A stretch of 61,734 bases of DNA, filler included, from a bacterium (GTDB lineage Bacteria > JALSQH01), in assembly GCA_026985515.1 (NCBI GenBank). It is 9 parts of 9 records of this genome, joined end to end, with 100 filler letters (N's around TTAATTAATTAA, not from the genome) between each part and the next. Parts side by side here need not be neighbours in the genome. Positions count along the whole stretch, not along the records: positions 20,857 to 27,634 come from JALSQH010000243.1; positions 27,735 to 34,502 come from JALSQH010000244.1; positions 34,603 to 41,347 come from JALSQH010000245.1; 6 more parts are not named here. One strand, written 5' to 3'. The notes under the pieces are model-generated. The model was not told the DNA's origin and ran no database searches. It saw nothing but the letters and a program-made list of their open reading frames with translations. The position numbers and the translations under genes were made by a program. This document shows, in pieces, positions 27,372 through 35,437 of the stretch (positions within the stretch are counted from its first letter, which is position 1; every line of letters begins with the position of its first letter).

Positions 27372-27634
27372 GAAATGAACAAACCTGCGGGGCGGGTGGA
27401 GACCTTCTGTCCCGGAGTGGTTTTGTGACGGAGACAGACACGATGGGATAAAGGCGGAGCAATCGTGGAATGCCCACAGAGGAAGACATCCTTTTTGCGG
27501 AGCCTCCCATCGAGTCGGCTGTGAAAGTGGTTTACTCAAATGAACTCACTACCACGGAGTCACACTTAACGGAGGGACAGAAGGTCGGAAAGGGGGATGG
27601 GAAATGAACACACCTGCGGGGCGGGTGGAGACCT
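27372..27634. repeat. Structured tandem repeat (period 229 bp), cut by the contig end
   Basis: 34-mer GAAATGAACA(A/C)ACCTGCGGGGCGGGTGGAGACCT at 27372 and 27601 (33/34 identical); internal perfect 13-bp inverted repeat 27401-27413/27574-27586. Confidence 0.85.
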
Positions 27635-27734
27635 NNNNNNNNNNNNNNNNNNNNNNNNNNNNNNNNNNNNNNNNNNNNTTAATTAATTAANNNNNNNNNN
27701 NNNNNNNNNNNNNNNNNNNNNNNNNNNNNNNNNN
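27635..27734. other. Artificial contig linker
   Basis: N-run with TTAATTAATTAA. Confidence 0.99.
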
Positions 27735-27735
27735 A

Positions 27736-28767
27736 CTGGGTCTTCTCTCCCTGCCCGGGACCTACGCTTCTCCAGATGCTGTTTCAGATAATCTTACCAG
27801 ACTGGAGGGAGATGAATCCCTTCCATCAAAGATTGCGAGGATCTCCATTGAGCAGGGAGATGATCTTTTTGCAAAGGTTGCCTCTTTCACTGGAAGAATG
27901 TTCTCAGTGGCTGAACATCTCACATTTGATCTCATTCACGCACATGACTGGCTCACATATCCTGCAGGTGTACTTCTCAGAGAACTGACGGGGAAGCCAC
28001 TCGTTGCCCATATACATGCCACAGAATTTGACAGAGCAGGAGGCCCCGGCAATCCCTGGATTCACTCCATTGAGTACGAGGGGTTGCAGAATGCAGATGC
28101 GGTTATAGCGGTTTCCAATTACACCAGAAGAATGGTTATTGATAGATACAGAGTCAATCCAGATAAAGTTTTTGTTGTGCACAACGCCCATTCAATGAAT
28201 GTGGTGGGTAAAAGATCGGCAGATAGAAGGATTTTCATTGATCCCGTTGTCCTTTTTATGGGTAGAGTAACCCTTCAGAAGGGGCCTGACTACTTCATTG
28301 AGGTGGCAGACAGGGTTTTGAAAAAGAGGGAAAAGGTTCACTTCATCGTTGCAGGAACTGGAGATATGTTGAGAAAGATAATCCACCTTTCTGCTGATAA
28401 AAGAACCAGAACAGGCATCCTTTTCACAGGCTTTCTCAACAGGAAAGAGGTTGAAAGGGTCCTTGAAATTTCAGATATTCTCATAATGCCCTCCATCTCT
28501 GAGCCCTTCGGAATCGCCCCACTTGAAGCAATGGCTTACGGTGTTATACCCATCATTTCAAGGGAATCTGGAGTGGCTGAAGTAGTTGAAAATGCATACA
28601 AGGTGGATTTCTGGGATGTTAAAAAAATGGTGGAAATCATTCTAAATTTAATTGATTCTCCTGCCCTTATGAGAGAGATGTCTGAAAAAGTGGCTGAGGA
28701 GGCAAAAAGGATTCAGTGGGAGAAGGCTGCTGAGAAGATTCTCCAGATCTACAGAGGAGTAATTTAA
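27736..28767 (+). CDS. GT4 glycosyltransferase (glycogen synthase-like), 5' truncated
   Basis: IHAHDWLT, HIHATEFDR, QKGPDYF, PSISEPFGIAPLEAM; frame open from 27736. Confidence 0.88.
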   Translation: MGLLSLPGTYASPDAVSDNLTRLEGDESLPSKIARISIEQGDDLFAKVASFTGRMFSVAEHLTFDLIHAHDWLTYPAGVLLRELTGKPLVAHIHATEFDRAGGPGNPWIHSIEYEGLQNADAVIAVSNYTRRMVIDRYRVNPDKVFVVHNAHSMNVVGKRSADRRIFIDPVVLFMGRVTLQKGPDYFIEVADRVLKKREKVHFIVAGTGDMLRKIIHLSADKRTRTGILFTGFLNRKEVERVLEISDILIMPSISEPFGIAPLEAMAYGVIPIISRESGVAEVVENAYKVDFWDVKKMVEIILNLIDSPALMREMSEKVAEEAKRIQWEKAAEKILQIYRGVI

Positions 28768-29979
28768 ATGCTGCACGTTGTTTTTTACTTTCAGGTTCAT
28801 CAGCCATTCAGAATCAACAGATTCAGAGTTTTGGACATCATGAGTGGAAGGGATTACTTTGATGAGCCCCTCAACAGAAGCGTGATGGAGCGGGTGGGGA
28901 AAAAGGCTTATCTCAGGACAAACAAAATTCTTCTTGACCTGATAGAGAAATATGAAGGAAGATTCAAAGTGTCTTTCTCCATCACCGGCGTTGCCATTGA
29001 ACAGTTCAGAAACCATTATCCAGAAGTGCTTGAATCCTTCAGAGAGCTGGCAAAAAGTGGCGGAGTGGAGTTTCTGGGAGAAACCTATCACCACTCCCTC
29101 TCATATCTTTTTGATACTGAGGAATTCATATATCAGATCAGAAAACACAGAGAAGTAATCAGGGATGAATTCGGCTATACCCCTGTGGTTTTCAGAAATA
29201 CGGAACTCATCTACCAGGATCAACTGAGTGATCTTGTGGCTGATGAGGGTTTTAAAGTAATACTTGCTGAGGGAACAGAGAAAATTCTGGGATGGAAGAG
29301 CCCCCTTTACGCCTACAGAAACTACAATGGAAAACTCTACCTCCTTCTCAAACATTACCGTTTATCAGATGATATTGCCTTTCGCTTTTCCAACAGAAAT
29401 TGGAAGGGATATCCATTGACGGCGGAAAAATTTGCAGATTGGATAGAGAAGTTACCCCTGGTGGAAAAGGAAAATAGAAATCTCTTTCTCAATCTCTTTA
29501 TGGATTACGAGACCTTCGGGGAACATCAATGGGAGGAGACGGGTATTTTTGAATTTCTGAAGCACCTGCCCGAGAAACTTCTTGAGAGGGAATTTATCTC
29601 CTTTGCATGGCCTTCGGAGGTGATTGACATTGTTAACTATGAACCTGAGAAATTGTCATTCCCCCAGCCTGTCTCCTGGGCAGATATGGAGAGGGATCTT
29701 TCTGCCTGGCTTGAAAACTCCATGCAGCAAAACGCAACTGTTACACTTTACAGAATACTTGAAAGGGCAAAGGAGAAGGGCCGGGGGGATCTTGTGGAAA
29801 TTTTAAGGAAACTCACAACATCTGATCATGTTTACTACATGTCAACCAAATATTTTCAGGATGGGGATGTCCACAAATACTTTTCCCCATATGGAGCACC
29901 CGAGGAAGCGTATCTCTACTTTATGAACATTCTTGCAGATATTGAAGAAAAATTGAGGAGGGAGGAAAGTGAAATTTAA
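28768..29979 (+). CDS. Glycoside hydrolase family 57 (alpha-amylase-like)
   Basis: FQVHQP, GETYHHSL, FRNTEL, LSDDIAFRF, DYETFGEHQW, SWAD.ERDLSAWL. Confidence 0.92.
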   Translation: MLHVVFYFQVHQPFRINRFRVLDIMSGRDYFDEPLNRSVMERVGKKAYLRTNKILLDLIEKYEGRFKVSFSITGVAIEQFRNHYPEVLESFRELAKSGGVEFLGETYHHSLSYLFDTEEFIYQIRKHREVIRDEFGYTPVVFRNTELIYQDQLSDLVADEGFKVILAEGTEKILGWKSPLYAYRNYNGKLYLLLKHYRLSDDIAFRFSNRNWKGYPLTAEKFADWIEKLPLVEKENRNLFLNLFMDYETFGEHQWEETGIFEFLKHLPEKLLEREFISFAWPSEVIDIVNYEPEKLSFPQPVSWADMERDLSAWLENSMQQNATVTLYRILERAKEKGRGDLVEILRKLTTSDHVYYMSTKYFQDGDVHKYFSPYGAPEEAYLYFMNILADIEEKLRREESEI

Positions 29980-32509
29980 AAAATTTTACGTGAAACCCCA
30001 CATAAGGGGTAATCTATCAAAGCTGTATGAGCTTGCCGAAAATATGTGGAGTTACTGGGACAAAGAGGCAGAAAGATTATTTTCAAGAATAGACACATAT
30101 CTCTATCATCAAACGCGACACAACCTCAAACTCTTCCTTGAAAAACTTCCGCCCGAGAGGCTTGATCAGCTTTCTACAGATAAGGGTTTTCTCAATGAAC
30201 TTGATAAGGTATGGAACAGATTTCAAGAATATATGAAATTTGAGGGAAGCTATTTTACCCCTGAAGGAGTTGAGGTTCCCTTTGAAAGGGATAAAGTTAT
30301 TGTTTACTTTTCAATGGAATTTGGTCTCCATGAATCACTGCCGGTCTATTCAGGTGGTCTTGGTGTCCTCGCAGGGGATTTTCTCAAGGCTGCGTCTGAC
30401 ATTGATATCCCCCTCATTGGTGTGGGTCTGCTCTACAGGTATGGTTATTTCACCCAGAGCATAAACATCAATGGCTATCAGGAGGAGAAATATATTGAGA
30501 ATGACTGGTTCTCAAAACCCATAGAAATTCTAACAGATGAAGAAGGCAACGAAGTGAAAATTGAAGTTGATTATGATGGGGGAAAAATTTTTGCCAGAGT
30601 ATGGAAAATAATGGTTGGAAATGTTCCCCTCTACCTGCTTGATGCAAATATTCCAGAAAATCCTCCTGAGGTGAGAAGGGTGACAGACATGCTCTATGAC
30701 CCCGACAGGGATATAAGGATTCAGCAGGAGATCCTGCTGGGAATAGGTGGAGTGAAACTGATGGAGAAACTGGGCATAAGACCGGCAATTTGCCACATAA
30801 ATGAAGGCCACTCAGCCTTTCTGATAATTGAGAGACTGCGAAAACTCATGGAGGAGGGCTACACATTTCAGGAGGCGGAGCTCCTGGTAAAGCACACAAC
30901 AGTTTTTACAACCCACACCCCCGTAATTGAGGGAAATGAAAACTTTCCAGTTAATAAAGTGGAGAAGTATCTGAAGAACAAAGTGGAAGAACTGGGAATA
31001 AAATTTGAAGACTTTGTAAAGCGTGGTTCCCTTGATAATTCAAAGGTTTTCTGGCTCCCAGCCTTTGCCATAAATCAATCAGCATTTGTGAATGGAGTAT
31101 CAAAAATTCACAGAGATGTTTCAAGAAAAATGTGGAGATCCCTTTTCCCCAATTACCATCAGAGTGAAATACCCATTGACCATGTCACCAATGGGATTCA
31201 CCTCGCAACATGGTTGAGTATGGAAATGGTTTACCTCTTTGACAGATATCTGGGACCCGATTACATTCATCGGGCTGAGGATGCATCTGTGTGGGAGAAG
31301 GTTCACACCATACCTGATGAAGAATTATGGTCTGCCCACAGGAGGAGGAAGGAGCAGTTGATCTCCTTCGTGAGGGAGAGAGTGGTAAGGCAGTTGAAGA
31401 ATAAAGGCGCATCGGCAGGAAGAATAAGAAGGGCAAAGAAGATACTCAATCCAGAATATCTCACCATAGGCTTTGCCAGAAGATTTGCTCCATACAAACG
31501 GGCTGATCTCATACTCACAGATCCTGATCGCTTTGCTTCCATACTCAGAGACCCTGATAAACCTGTTCAGATCATCTTTGCAGGAAAGGCTCACCCGGCT
31601 GATCAGATGGGTAAGGAGATCATTAAAAAGATCCTTGACTTCGCCCGTGAGTATGACCTTGAAGATAGAGTGGTATTCATTGAAGATTACGATATGGATG
31701 TTGCAAAACACCTCGTGCAGGGGGTGGATCTATGGCTCAATAACCCTCTTAAACCTCTGGAAGCGAGTGGTACTTCTGGAATGAAGGCGGGGATAAATGG
31801 AGTTATAAATCTCAGTGTCCTGGATGGATGGTGGCCTGAGTGTTACGATGGTGAGAATGGGTGGGCAATAACTGCAGGGGAAGAGTATGAGGATCCCGAG
31901 ATGAGGAGAATAGTTGAGTCTTCCCAGATTTATGATCTTCTGGAAAATGAAATAACGGAGCTTTTCTACATGCGTGATGAAAATGGAATGCCGGAAGAAT
32001 GGGTTGTGAGAATGAAGAACTCCATTTTTTGTATCGGAAAAAAATTCAACATGCACAGAGTCCTGAGGGAGTACCTTTATAAATTTTACCTGCCCGGAAT
32101 GGAGAGATACACTTTCCTCACAGAAAAACGGGAAAATCTTGAAAGTTTAATCGAGTACAAAAGGAAAATTGATACTTTCTGGAAGGATCTCTATGTCAGG
32201 GATTTCTTTATTAAGTTCCCCGGTGGGGAACCAGTTGCAGGAGAGGAGGCGGAGGTGGAGGCATATGTTTACACAGGAAACGCTGATCTTGAAATGATAA
32301 ATGTGGAGTTTTTCTGCTGCTGTGACGAAGAGTGCAAGGAGAGGGAGATTGTGCCGCTGAGTTTTGTGGAGAGGTACAGTGATGGGGTGGCAAAGTTTTC
32401 CGGCAGATTCAGTTTCCCCCGGCCAGGCATTCATTCTTCATCAGTGAGAATAATTCCCCGCTGGGATCTTTTCAGGGAAAGTTTCAGAGGGTACATAATC
32501 TGGTGGTGA
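29969..32509 (+). CDS. glgP: Alpha-glucan (glycogen) phosphorylase
   Basis: YFSMEFGL, YSGGLGVLAGD, HINEGH, FTTHTP, GFARRFAPYKR, EASGTSGMK, SVLDGWW. Confidence 0.95.
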   Translation: MKFKKFYVKPHIRGNLSKLYELAENMWSYWDKEAERLFSRIDTYLYHQTRHNLKLFLEKLPPERLDQLSTDKGFLNELDKVWNRFQEYMKFEGSYFTPEGVEVPFERDKVIVYFSMEFGLHESLPVYSGGLGVLAGDFLKAASDIDIPLIGVGLLYRYGYFTQSININGYQEEKYIENDWFSKPIEILTDEEGNEVKIEVDYDGGKIFARVWKIMVGNVPLYLLDANIPENPPEVRRVTDMLYDPDRDIRIQQEILLGIGGVKLMEKLGIRPAICHINEGHSAFLIIERLRKLMEEGYTFQEAELLVKHTTVFTTHTPVIEGNENFPVNKVEKYLKNKVEELGIKFEDFVKRGSLDNSKVFWLPAFAINQSAFVNGVSKIHRDVSRKMWRSLFPNYHQSEIPIDHVTNGIHLATWLSMEMVYLFDRYLGPDYIHRAEDASVWEKVHTIPDEELWSAHRRRKEQLISFVRERVVRQLKNKGASAGRIRRAKKILNPEYLTIGFARRFAPYKRADLILTDPDRFASILRDPDKPVQIIFAGKAHPADQMGKEIIKKILDFAREYDLEDRVVFIEDYDMDVAKHLVQGVDLWLNNPLKPLEASGTSGMKAGINGVINLSVLDGWWPECYDGENGWAITAGEEYEDPEMRRIVESSQIYDLLENEITELFYMRDENGMPEEWVVRMKNSIFCIGKKFNMHRVLREYLYKFYLPGMERYTFLTEKRENLESLIEYKRKIDTFWKDLYVRDFFIKFPGGEPVAGEEAEVEAYVYTGNADLEMINVEFFCCCDEECKEREIVPLSFVERYSDGVAKFSGRFSFPRPGIHSSSVRIIPRWDLFRESFRGYIIWW

Positions 32510-32547
32510 GGGGGAACCTGTAAGGGACTAAAAAGAGCAGTTTTTAA

Positions 32548-33750
32548 TCAAAACTCCATGAGAAACTCTTCCAGTCTCCTGTGCTGGATGCCTTTGTAAG
32601 AATCAAACTGGATCGGGTCAAGGGAGACCACTACTTTTCTGTAATTATCTTTTATCTGAAGCAAATTGCCAAACTCTCTTTTCCAGACTCTTTCGTCGGA
32701 AAGCATGTAGCACACCTGAATATAAACTCTTTCACCACCCTTCTCAGCAACAAAGTCAATTTCCCTGTCTCCAATCTTTCCAACAAATACCCTGTACCCT
32801 TCAGAAAGGAGATGTTTAAAGACTATATTTTCAATGATTCCTCCAATATTTTCAATTCCAAAACCCAGAAGGGCATTTCTTATACCAACATCTTCAAAAT
32901 AAAATTTGTCATTTATCTCAAAGATTTTCTTACCATGGAGATCCAGTCTCTTGACTCTGTGGATAAAGTAAGCATCTTCAAGGAATTTAAGATAGTTCAT
33001 AATGCTTACCACTGACATTTTTATTCTCTGGGAATTAAGAAAATCTGAAATTTTCTTTGCCGAAAGGGGATTGCCAATGTTGTCTCCAACATAATTTACA
33101 AGGGTATTGAGGAAGTGAACATTTCTTATATTTCTCCTCTCCACTACATCCCTGAGAATTATGCTATTGTAAATGCTTTTCAGGTAATCAAAAACAACCT
33201 CATCACTCAGCTCCAGGTTTTTAAGATACGGCATTCCACCATACTTGAGATATAAGTTTAAACTCTCTCTTCCCGGATCAATGTTATGAAATTTCAAAAA
33301 TTCGGGATAGGTCAGAGAAAAGATTTTTATCTCTATATATCTACCTGAAAGAAGTGTGGCAAGGTCACCTGAGAGGATTCTTGAGTTTGAACCTGTAACA
33401 TACACATCAAAATTTTCTCTCAATATCAGTTCCCTTAAGGCCTTTTCAAAGTTTTCAATTTCCTGTACTTCGTCAATAAACAGGAAATTGGTGGTATCTT
33501 TTTTTGATTTAGACTTAACAAACTGAAGCAGGTCGGTGTAAGTTCTAATATTCTCAAACTCATGCAATTCTTTATTGATAAATATGAAGTTCGCATCTGG
33601 ATATTTTTTTCTAATTTCCTCTGAAACCATCAACAGAAAATAGCTCTTCCCAACTCTTCTCTGCCCGGTGATAACCTTTATTATATCCTTTCCAATAAAT
33701 GGTTTAATTTGCTGAATATACTTTTCTCTTCTTATTACCTTTCTGTTCAT
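32548..33750 (-). CDS. AAA+ ATPase (AAA_14 / DUF4143 type) with C-terminal nuclease-like domain
   Basis: GQRRVGKS Walker A, FIDEVQ Walker B, VTGSNS, EIDFVAEK...YIQV. Confidence 0.88.
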   Translation of the reverse strand: MNRKVIRREKYIQQIKPFIGKDIIKVITGQRRVGKSYFLLMVSEEIRKKYPDANFIFINKELHEFENIRTYTDLLQFVKSKSKKDTTNFLFIDEVQEIENFEKALRELILRENFDVYVTGSNSRILSGDLATLLSGRYIEIKIFSLTYPEFLKFHNIDPGRESLNLYLKYGGMPYLKNLELSDEVVFDYLKSIYNSIILRDVVERRNIRNVHFLNTLVNYVGDNIGNPLSAKKISDFLNSQRIKMSVVSIMNYLKFLEDAYFIHRVKRLDLHGKKIFEINDKFYFEDVGIRNALLGFGIENIGGIIENIVFKHLLSEGYRVFVGKIGDREIDFVAEKGGERVYIQVCYMLSDERVWKREFGNLLQIKDNYRKVVVSLDPIQFDSYKGIQHRRLEEFLMEF

Positions 33751-33751
33751 A

Positions 33752-33809
33752 TTTTAAGTATAGTGAAAAGATTTGGAATTTACAAGAAAAGTTTTAAGTA
33801 TAGTTAAAA
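33752..33809 (-). promoter_or_regulatory. Leaderless-type promoter with an 18-bp direct repeat upstream of the AAA ATPase
   Basis: Minus strand TTGTAA-17-TATACT-6 nt-ATG; TTTTAAGTATAGT(G/T)AAAA at 33752 and 33792. Confidence 0.55.
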
Positions 33810-33954
33810 TTTAGCATTTGGGTCAAAGCAGATAATTATTTGGAAGAAATAATTCTGAAACTTCTGGCAATGAAAAATTTCAGAAGGTGAAACACGCATA
33901 TTGATGCAACGAAAAATAAAAGTCTATTCTCTCATCAAATTGAAAAATTTTTTT

Positions 33955-34094
33955 ACCCAAAATCTCCATTAAAAGATTTGGGTAACTAAAAATATTATAT
34001 TCTGCCATCACCCAGAGGGTGACGGCATGTGAAATACCGATTTGTAGGTGAAAAAGGCAGGTGTTAGATTAAATAGATTTCTATTTGAGGGTTT
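33955..34094. repeat. Dispersed double-hairpin element, copy B
   Basis: Aligns with 25402-25561 apart from one ~20-bp indel; both hairpins retained. Confidence 0.85.
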
Positions 34095-34284
34095 AGGAGT
34101 TTGTCAACTCTTGATAAATGTCTTCAAAAAGAGTACCATACATAATGGTAAGATACTCAAAAGCCTTGCGTAATATTTCCTATGTGAAGAGGGAAGTTGA
34201 GTTGGTGTTGGGGGCCGGAGTTACATCTGGCCTCCAATTTTTATTAATTTGAGTCCCTCTGAGATTTAAAACTCCCTTCATCAT
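34093..34284 (-). pseudogene. Small ORF or gene relic with an in-frame TAG (34180-34182)
   Basis: AAGGAGGA RBS; MMKGVLNLRGTQINKNWRPDVTPAPNTNSTSLFT*EILRKAFEYLTIMYGTLFEDIYQELTNS*, ending at the edge of repeat copy B. Confidence 0.35.
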
Positions 34285-34502
34285 CCTTCCTCCTTTCTTG
34301 TGAGTTTTATTCATTAAAAAATCCTATCTCAACTTTTTTGCGAATAAAAGTATACACTACCAGTCAAAGCGCCGGCTTGCTTTTTCTTTAGTCTGATGCT
34401 ATAATGCAAGAAATAGCAAATTAGGGAAGTAAAAAGAAACCATTTCAGGGGAGGAGAAAGTGGGAAGGAAAAGCTTTGTTGTTTTTTCCTTTTTTCTTTT
34501 CT

Positions 34503-34602
34503 NNNNNNNNNNNNNNNNNNNNNNNNNNNNNNNNNNNNNNNNNNNNTTAATTAATTAANNNNNNNNNNNNNNNNNNNNNNNNNNNNNNNNNNNNNNNNNN
34601 NN
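34503..34602. other. Artificial contig linker
   Basis: N-run with TTAATTAATTAA. Confidence 0.99.
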
Positions 34603-34680
34603 GTTCTCTTTCTTTCATCACCACAGGCAGAGATGATAACAGGTGAAACGATCGTTATAGATGGAGGAGGGCTGGCCTGA
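34603..34680 (+). CDS. Short-chain dehydrogenase/reductase, C-terminal fragment (not in ORF track)
   Basis: Manual translation VLFLSSPQAEMITGETIVIDGGGLA*, a typical SDR ending. Confidence 0.75.
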   Translation, partial: VLFLSSPQAEMITGETIVIDGGGLA

Positions 34681-35432
34681 ACTGGGTCATCAATATTTTC
34701 AGAGAAACGGGAAGGATTTTTTTCTTTACTGTCAGGACCCTTAACCGTTTCTGGAAGGTAAGAAACATATACTTTGAAGAAACTGTAAAGGCAATCTACA
34801 AACTTGGATACGGTGCCATTCTTCCCATTTTCTTCATAGCCTTTCCCTTTGGAATGATGATAGCTCTTCAGGCACTGGCAATCGTCAGGGAGTATGGCGT
34901 GACTGCACAGGTGAGCGGAGTTCTCAGTCATCTGCTCGTAAGGGAACTTGGCCCTGTTACAACTGGTATGATGATTGCAGCTCAATCGGGAGGATCGGTT
35001 GCGGCCGAAGTTTCCATAATGAAAATAAAAAGGCAGATAGACGCCCTTGAGACTTTCGGGGTTGACCCATACAACTTTGTGGTTGTACCCAGAATGATTG
35101 CCATAACAGTTGTAACACCAGTCATGGAGATCTTCTCTATACTCTTTGGGGTTGCTGGAGGATATTTAGTGGCAGTTTACCTTGGAAAAATCAGTCCAGG
35201 TGCTTTTATTCACAACCTTAACGAATTCACAACAACCACAGATATTCTGATAGGAGTAATAAAGGCGCTTATTTTCGGCATGATCATAGGAGGAGTGAGC
35301 ACCTACAGCGGATTCACATCCCGAATGGGTATCAAAGAGGTGGGAATGGCTGCAAACAACGCAGTGGTGAGGGCAACAATTTTCTTTATTCTTCTCAATT
35401 ACATTATCACAAGTTTCGTTTACAATGCCTGA
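34677..35432 (+). CDS. mlaE: MlaE-family ABC permease, probable CTG start
   Basis: VRELGPV, AAEVSIMK..QIDALE..GVDP..FVVVPR, VGMAANNAVV; frame open from 34647 with no ATG/GTG/TTG before 34854. Confidence 0.85.
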   Translation: MNWVINIFRETGRIFFFTVRTLNRFWKVRNIYFEETVKAIYKLGYGAILPIFFIAFPFGMMIALQALAIVREYGVTAQVSGVLSHLLVRELGPVTTGMMIAAQSGGSVAAEVSIMKIKRQIDALETFGVDPYNFVVVPRMIAITVVTPVMEIFSILFGVAGGYLVAVYLGKISPGAFIHNLNEFTTTTDILIGVIKALIFGMIIGGVSTYSGFTSRMGIKEVGMAANNAVVRATIFFILLNYIITSFVYNA

Positions 35433-35437
35433 ATTTT

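Noticed and set aside
27348-27539. 63-aa minus-strand ORF
   Set aside because: Lies within the structured repeat, TTG start, non-protein-like composition.
27372-27634. 34-bp direct repeat as a CRISPR array
   Set aside because: Only two copies, 195 bp apart, the intervening sequence is itself self-complementary, and no cas genes are present.
34180-34182. In-frame TAG as evidence of pyrrolysine or stop-codon recoding
   Set aside because: TAG is a normal stop elsewhere in the window (thiE, nuoC, nuoD) and no pyl genes are visible.
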